64,000 nt of DNA from Longimicrobiales bacterium (lineage in GTDB: Bacteria > Gemmatimonadota > Gemmatimonadetes > Longimicrobiales > Gaopeijiaceae): positions 256,001 through 320,000 of the forward strand of contig CBDCKN010000003.1 in the NCBI GenBank assembly GCA_965218295.1, in the 5' to 3' direction. Of the stretch, positions 59,754-64,000 are shown piece after piece. Both the position numbers and the translations under genes were made by a program. Under the pieces are notes generated by a model. It did not search any database. It saw nothing but the letters and a program-made list of their open reading frames with translations, and was not told the DNA's origin. Numbering within the stretch: position 1 is the first letter of the stretch; every line of letters begins with the position of its first letter.

Positions 59754-62279
59754 TCATCCACACTCGCTGTATCCGCAGATGTGGCATTTGACGCAGCCCT
59801 CCTCGTAGGAGAGCTGGCCGGCCCCGCACTCGGGACAGCTTCCCAGGAAGCTGTTGGGAAGGTCTGTGCCCGGGGTCGCCTGGGGCTGGGTGGCCCCGGC
59901 TGCTACGCCCACGCCCAGGGGAAGCGTCTCCTGTACGCCGTCCTTCTCCGCCGTGTACTTCTCGAGGGCCTGCCCGATGGCGTCGGGCAGCGAGAGCACC
60001 TTGGTCGGACCCACGCCCACCGCGCGATCCGACGAGATGCCCCGAAGCTGATCCCTCACAGCCGGAAGGGGGATACCGGAGCGGAGGGCCAGTGAGATCA
60101 AGCGGCCGATCGCCTCGGCGTCGGCCGTGGCGGCGCCTCCGGCCTTTCCGAGCGTACAGAACACCTCGAAGGCTCTCCCGTCTTGGTCTTCGTTGATGGT
60201 CACGTAGCAGTCGCCGAGAGGGGAGCTCATCTTGACGGTGCGGCCACGGAGCATAGGCGGACGTTGCCGCTTGTGGCGCGCCGCCGCCGCCGTCAGGTCC
60301 TGCTCCTGCTGCTCCCGATAGACTTGCTCCAGCTCCACGCGGAGTCCGTGGAGCGACTCGCGCGCGTCGGCCAGCAGGTGCTCGAGCTCGACGACCTCGG
60401 CGCTGCTTCCGCTCTTCCCGCTCTCCGACTTCTCCGTCTTTCCGGTGGAGAGCACCTGGTCGGCCCTCGATCCGTCCCGGTAGACGGTGACGCCCTTGCA
60501 GTGGAGCTCGTACGCCAGCTCGTAGATCTGCCTGACGTCTTCCTCCCGAGCCTCCTTCGGGAAGTTCGTGGTCTTGGAGATGGCCGAGTCGGTGTGCTCC
60601 TGGAACGCCGCCTGCATCCGCACATGCCACTCGGGCGTGATGTCGTAGGCGGTCTTGAACACTGCCTGGACTTCCTCCGGCACCTCATCGAAGTGGATGT
60701 GGCCCTCCTCCGCGATCCGGGTCATGAGATCCTCGGAGTACCAGCCTTCTTCCTTGGCCCGAGCGACGAAGTCCGGGTTCACGTCCGGCATCCTCACACC
60801 CGCCTGATTGCGCATGAACGCCACGGCGAAGATGGGCTCGATGCCACCGGAGCATCCCGCGAAGATGGAGATGGTTCCGGTGGGTGCCACCGTGGTGAGG
60901 TTGCAGTTCCGAAGGCGACGCTCGGGCCGAATACGCCGCCCCTCCGACTCACGGGCGCACGTGTCGTCGGGACCCCAGATGGACTCTTCCCACGCCGGGA
61001 ACGCGCCGTGGCTCTCAGCCAGTCTCTCCGACGCGTTGCGAGCCTCCTCGTTAACGAAGCCCATGACCTTCCGCCCCATCTCCACGCCTTCGGGGGTGTC
61101 GTATGCGATTCCGAGCTTGATGAGCATGTCGGCCCACCCCATGACGCCCAGACCGATCCGGCGGATCGCCTGAGCCAGCTCGGTGATGGCCGGGAGGGGA
61201 TACCGGTTCGCGTCGACGACGTTGTCCAGGAAGTGGGTGGACAGGGCGACCGTCTGGCGTAGGCCGTCCCAGTCGATTCGGTCGGCGGGCTCGCCTCCCC
61301 CGCCGGCGTCCTCTTTCACGAACTTCGCCAGGTTGATGCTGCCCAGGTTGCAGACGTCGTACGGCAGGAGCGGCTGCTCCCCGCACGGGTTCGTGGCCTC
61401 ATAGGACCCGAGCTCGGGAACCGGATTGAAGGCGTTGGCACGGTCGATGAAGAAGGTGCCCGGCTCGCCGGTCTTCCAGGCGCCGTGCACGATCATGTCG
61501 AAGATCTCGCCGGCGTCCTCCTGCCCGACCACCTCTCCGCTCTTGGGGCTCACGAGGTCATAGCTGGCCTCGTTGTGCACGGCCTCCATGAAGGTGTCCG
61601 TGAGGGCGACCGAGATGTTGAAGTTCGTGATCTGGGACGTGTCGTCCTTGCACGTGATGAACGACCGGATGTCCGGGTGATCCACGCGTAGGATCCCCAT
61701 GTTCGCACCCCGCCTGGTTCCACCCTGCTTGACGACCTCCGTGCTGGCGTCGTAGAGCCTCATGAAGGAGACGGGCCCGGAGGCCACGCCCATGGTGGAA
61801 CGAACCTGCGACCCGGTGGCGCGCAGCCTCGAGAAGGAAAATCCCGTCCCCCCGCCCGACTGGTGCACCAGCGCCATGGACTTGAGCGTGTCGTAGATAC
61901 CGCTCTTTCCGTTCGACAGGGCGTCGTCGACGGGAAGGACGAAGCACGCCGATAGCTGCCCCAGCGGCCGCCCGGCGTTCATCAAAGTCGGAGAGTTCGG
62001 CTCGAACCTTCCGTCGGTCATGAGGTCGTAGAACTGACGGGCCAGCTCCTCGACAGCCGCATCCGAAGCCCCATACTCCTTGTCCGCCTCCGCGATCACC
62101 CTGGCCACCCGCCAGAACATGGTCTCCGGCTCTTCGAGCGGGTCGCCGTCCTCGTCCTTCTTCAGGTAGCGCTTTCCCAGAACGATGCGTGCGTTCTCGG
62201 AAAGAGTGGCCGGGGCAAGGTCGTCCGGCACTACGTCATCGAAGATGCTCGGATCGTCTGAACGGGACTCCTGCTTCAT
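59754..62279 (-). CDS. nrdJ: Class II (B12-dependent) ribonucleotide reductase with C-terminal TSCPD and Zn ribbon
   Basis: PNSPTLMNAG, SACFV, TNPCGEQ, APTGTIS, KGVTVYRDGSR and terminal CPEC..CHICGYSEC. Confidence 0.96.
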   Translation of the reverse strand: MKQESRSDDPSIFDDVVPDDLAPATLSENARIVLGKRYLKKDEDGDPLEEPETMFWRVARVIAEADKEYGASDAAVEELARQFYDLMTDGRFEPNSPTLMNAGRPLGQLSACFVLPVDDALSNGKSGIYDTLKSMALVHQSGGGTGFSFSRLRATGSQVRSTMGVASGPVSFMRLYDASTEVVKQGGTRRGANMGILRVDHPDIRSFITCKDDTSQITNFNISVALTDTFMEAVHNEASYDLVSPKSGEVVGQEDAGEIFDMIVHGAWKTGEPGTFFIDRANAFNPVPELGSYEATNPCGEQPLLPYDVCNLGSINLAKFVKEDAGGGGEPADRIDWDGLRQTVALSTHFLDNVVDANRYPLPAITELAQAIRRIGLGVMGWADMLIKLGIAYDTPEGVEMGRKVMGFVNEEARNASERLAESHGAFPAWEESIWGPDDTCARESEGRRIRPERRLRNCNLTTVAPTGTISIFAGCSGGIEPIFAVAFMRNQAGVRMPDVNPDFVARAKEEGWYSEDLMTRIAEEGHIHFDEVPEEVQAVFKTAYDITPEWHVRMQAAFQEHTDSAISKTTNFPKEAREEDVRQIYELAYELHCKGVTVYRDGSRADQVLSTGKTEKSESGKSGSSAEVVELEHLLADARESLHGLRVELEQVYREQQEQDLTAAAARHKRQRPPMLRGRTVKMSSPLGDCYVTINEDQDGRAFEVFCTLGKAGGAATADAEAIGRLISLALRSGIPLPAVRDQLRGISSDRAVGVGPTKVLSLPDAIGQALEKYTAEKDGVQETLPLGVGVAAGATQPQATPGTDLPNSFLGSCPECGAGQLSYEEGCVKCHICGYSECG

Positions 62280-62399
62280 ACCGCTCCTGCTCCATCGCTC
62301 AATGTGGGAAGTCGGTGGGAATACATACCCCTCATATGTTGAAAAACGGCGATAGACGGCTCCGCCAAGGCATTGCTAATGTGGAGAATTGTCTCGAGT

Positions 62400-62449
62400 A
62401 CCACAAAATATTGGGGTATTCTTAACATACACCCCCTATATCTTGTGGT
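62400..62449. promoter_or_regulatory. Tandem NrdR boxes
   Basis: ACCACAAAATATTGGGGT and ACCCCCTATATCTTGTGGT, about 31 bp apart upstream of nrdJ, resemble the acaCwAtATaTwGtg consensus. Confidence 0.75.
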
Positions 62450-62738
62450 CAAGAGTCTTCGTCGAGGAGCGCGCAAGACTGCCTGATTTCGCCGAACCAC
62501 CTCCCCAGGCAAGGCGGCAAGCGGCCGAGATCCGCTCCCGCGGACTTTGATAACACCCTCACAAGGTCCTATGTTGCGTGATATCGGGTTTGGCCAGCCC
62601 TCACAGCATATCTCGCCCCCTGCGGAGCGCCCCGCAGGCGTCCCCCCTTGCGTGTGTGGGCGCAGAATCTTGACATCGGAGCCAACGGTTGATTCGGGGT
62701 GGGGCCGCAGGCTCGGCCTCGGAGAGGGAGATCCACGA

Positions 62739-63104
62739 GTGAGAACGTTTCGCAGAGCCATCGAGCTGGGCCTCCCCATCCTGGGGATGGCCGTGGTTTT
62801 CGGCGGCGTCCTCTTCGTCCCCCCGACCAGCCTCCAGATCCAGGTCCTGGTCGTCCTGGTGGGGGTGTTGATCCTCGAAGCGGGTGTCTGGGGCCTGACC
62901 AGTCAGATTCTTCCCAACGAACGTCACTTTGTCGCCCTTCGCGACGAGGGTGACCACTTCATCAACCTCATCCGCAACCTCAACGCGGCGGCGCTGGCGC
63001 GTAAGGCCGGCCTCGAAGGAAGCGACGAGCACTTCGAGGAGGCTCTGGCCGCCATGCACGCGTCCGTGGAGCGCATGGCGGGGCTGGCTGGGGAGGAGCG
63101 CTAG
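62739..63104 (+). CDS. Small two-TM membrane protein
   Basis: GTG after GGAGAGGGAG, two hydrophobic helices, then a helical tail. Confidence 0.7.
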   Translation: MRTFRRAIELGLPILGMAVVFGGVLFVPPTSLQIQVLVVLVGVLILEAGVWGLTSQILPNERHFVALRDEGDHFINLIRNLNAAALARKAGLEGSDEHFEEALAAMHASVERMAGLAGEER

Positions 63105-64000
63105 AAGGCCGTCCCCAGTCGAAGGTACAGAGGATCATCGGCCTCGTCGTTCAGGGTGAGAGCGGCTCCCAACCTGAAGAACAGGCGCGTGTTGAAGAGG
63201 GCCAGCACCGAGAGCTGCAGCTCGGCCCCCACGGCCCCGAGCGTCGGCTCCCGCGGGTTCAGGACGTCGATGGCTGGATTCGAGTCTCCCCAGGCATTCC
63301 CGCCGTCCACGAACAAGGAGCCGCTTAATCGGTCGACATGCAGGGGGAAGAGGCCCAGGCCTCGGTGGGCGTTCAGGATCGGGAAGCGGTATTCGGCGGA
63401 TGCCGTCCAGGCGTAGCGACCTGCGCGCTGGCCCCTGAAGTACCCCCTCACGGGGAAGAGCAGTGACGAGCCTTCGAACAGCTCCCGGGGCCAACCGCCC
63501 CCCTGTGCACCACCCACGTCGAAGTGGAACCGGTCCGCTCCGGGACCGAAGGCCGCTCCCAACGAGGCTCGCCACGCGAAGACGTGGCGCGAGAAGCCCG
63601 GGCCCGCAAAGGCACGGTAACCCCGGATCCGGGCGGTAGCTTCCCGGAACCCGCGATCATCGCCGTGGACCCCGCGCAGCGAGCTCGGAAGCGAGAGCTC
63701 ACGGCGCGCCCGAAGCCGGAGAAAACCCCCGAACCCGGCCTCCGCGCTGGTGGAGAAGGCATAGGAGCGGGCGCTGCTGAAGGAGACTGTCGTCGAGGCC
63801 TCCGCCAGTCGGCGCTGCGGCCGGGAGGGGGCGAAGGGGATCTCATCCAGGTTCTCATCCAGAAGCTCGAGCTCCTCCCAAACGTGCGCGGTCGAGAATG
63901 ACACGGACGTACGGGTCCGCATCCGCTGACGGACCAGCGTCACCGAGCCTCCCAGCCTGCGCTCCCTTTCCCCGTCGAACGCCGGGATCGGGTCGCCGGG
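63101..64000 (-). CDS. Omp85/BamA-type beta-barrel C-terminus (partial)
   Basis: VRGY, SAEYRFP, FVDGGNAW and terminal LRLGTAF. Open at the window edge. Confidence 0.8.
   Translation of the reverse strand, partial: PGDPIPAFDGERERRLGGSVTLVRQRMRTRTSVSFSTAHVWEELELLDENLDEIPFAPSRPQRRLAEASTTVSFSSARSYAFSTSAEAGFGGFLRLRARRELSLPSSLRGVHGDDRGFREATARIRGYRAFAGPGFSRHVFAWRASLGAAFGPGADRFHFDVGGAQGGGWPRELFEGSSLLFPVRGYFRGQRAGRYAWTASAEYRFPILNAHRGLGLFPLHVDRLSGSLFVDGGNAWGDSNPAIDVLNPREPTLGAVGAELQLSVLALFNTRLFFRLGAALTLNDEADDPLYLRLGTAF

Overview
High-GC bacterial window. Gene content (Ig-repeat lipoprotein, integrase type) suggests a Gemmatimonadota-like or symbiont genome, but this is inference only. Positions ~1-46.8 kb form a heavily layered accessory island. 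(i) An integrative mobilisable element on the minus strand carries a P4-like integrase, Cro-like HTH, AlpA, oriT and a ColE1-like mobC/A/B/D module. Its type I R-M cargo has a HEPN toxin gene between hsdM and an hsdS that is N-terminally fused to an MNT nucleotidyltransferase. (ii) GmrSD and orphan oriT remnants follow. (iii) An integron-like cassette array at 15.8-27 kb has at least 6 attC sites and no intI in the window. It is hit by an IS3 and by an IS110/IS1111 element whose putative bridge-RNA guides can be read. (iv) There are two copies of an uncharacterised gene followed by iteron-like repeats and a covarying hairpin, plus a second integrase and a second mob module. (v) A Vsr/5mC-MTase/SmaI-like REase system has its REase interrupted by IS256. 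Positions ~46.8-64 kb look like core genome: nitrilase (3' end replaced by island DNA), M28 peptidase, xdhC/mocA/coxG, a form II-like coxSLMDE cluster, a Clp-D2/receiver gene with an in-frame TAG, rhodanese, nrdJ with NrdR boxes and a partial Omp85-like gene. Several single-base frameshifts may be assembly errors. No tRNA, rRNA or CRISPR array was seen.
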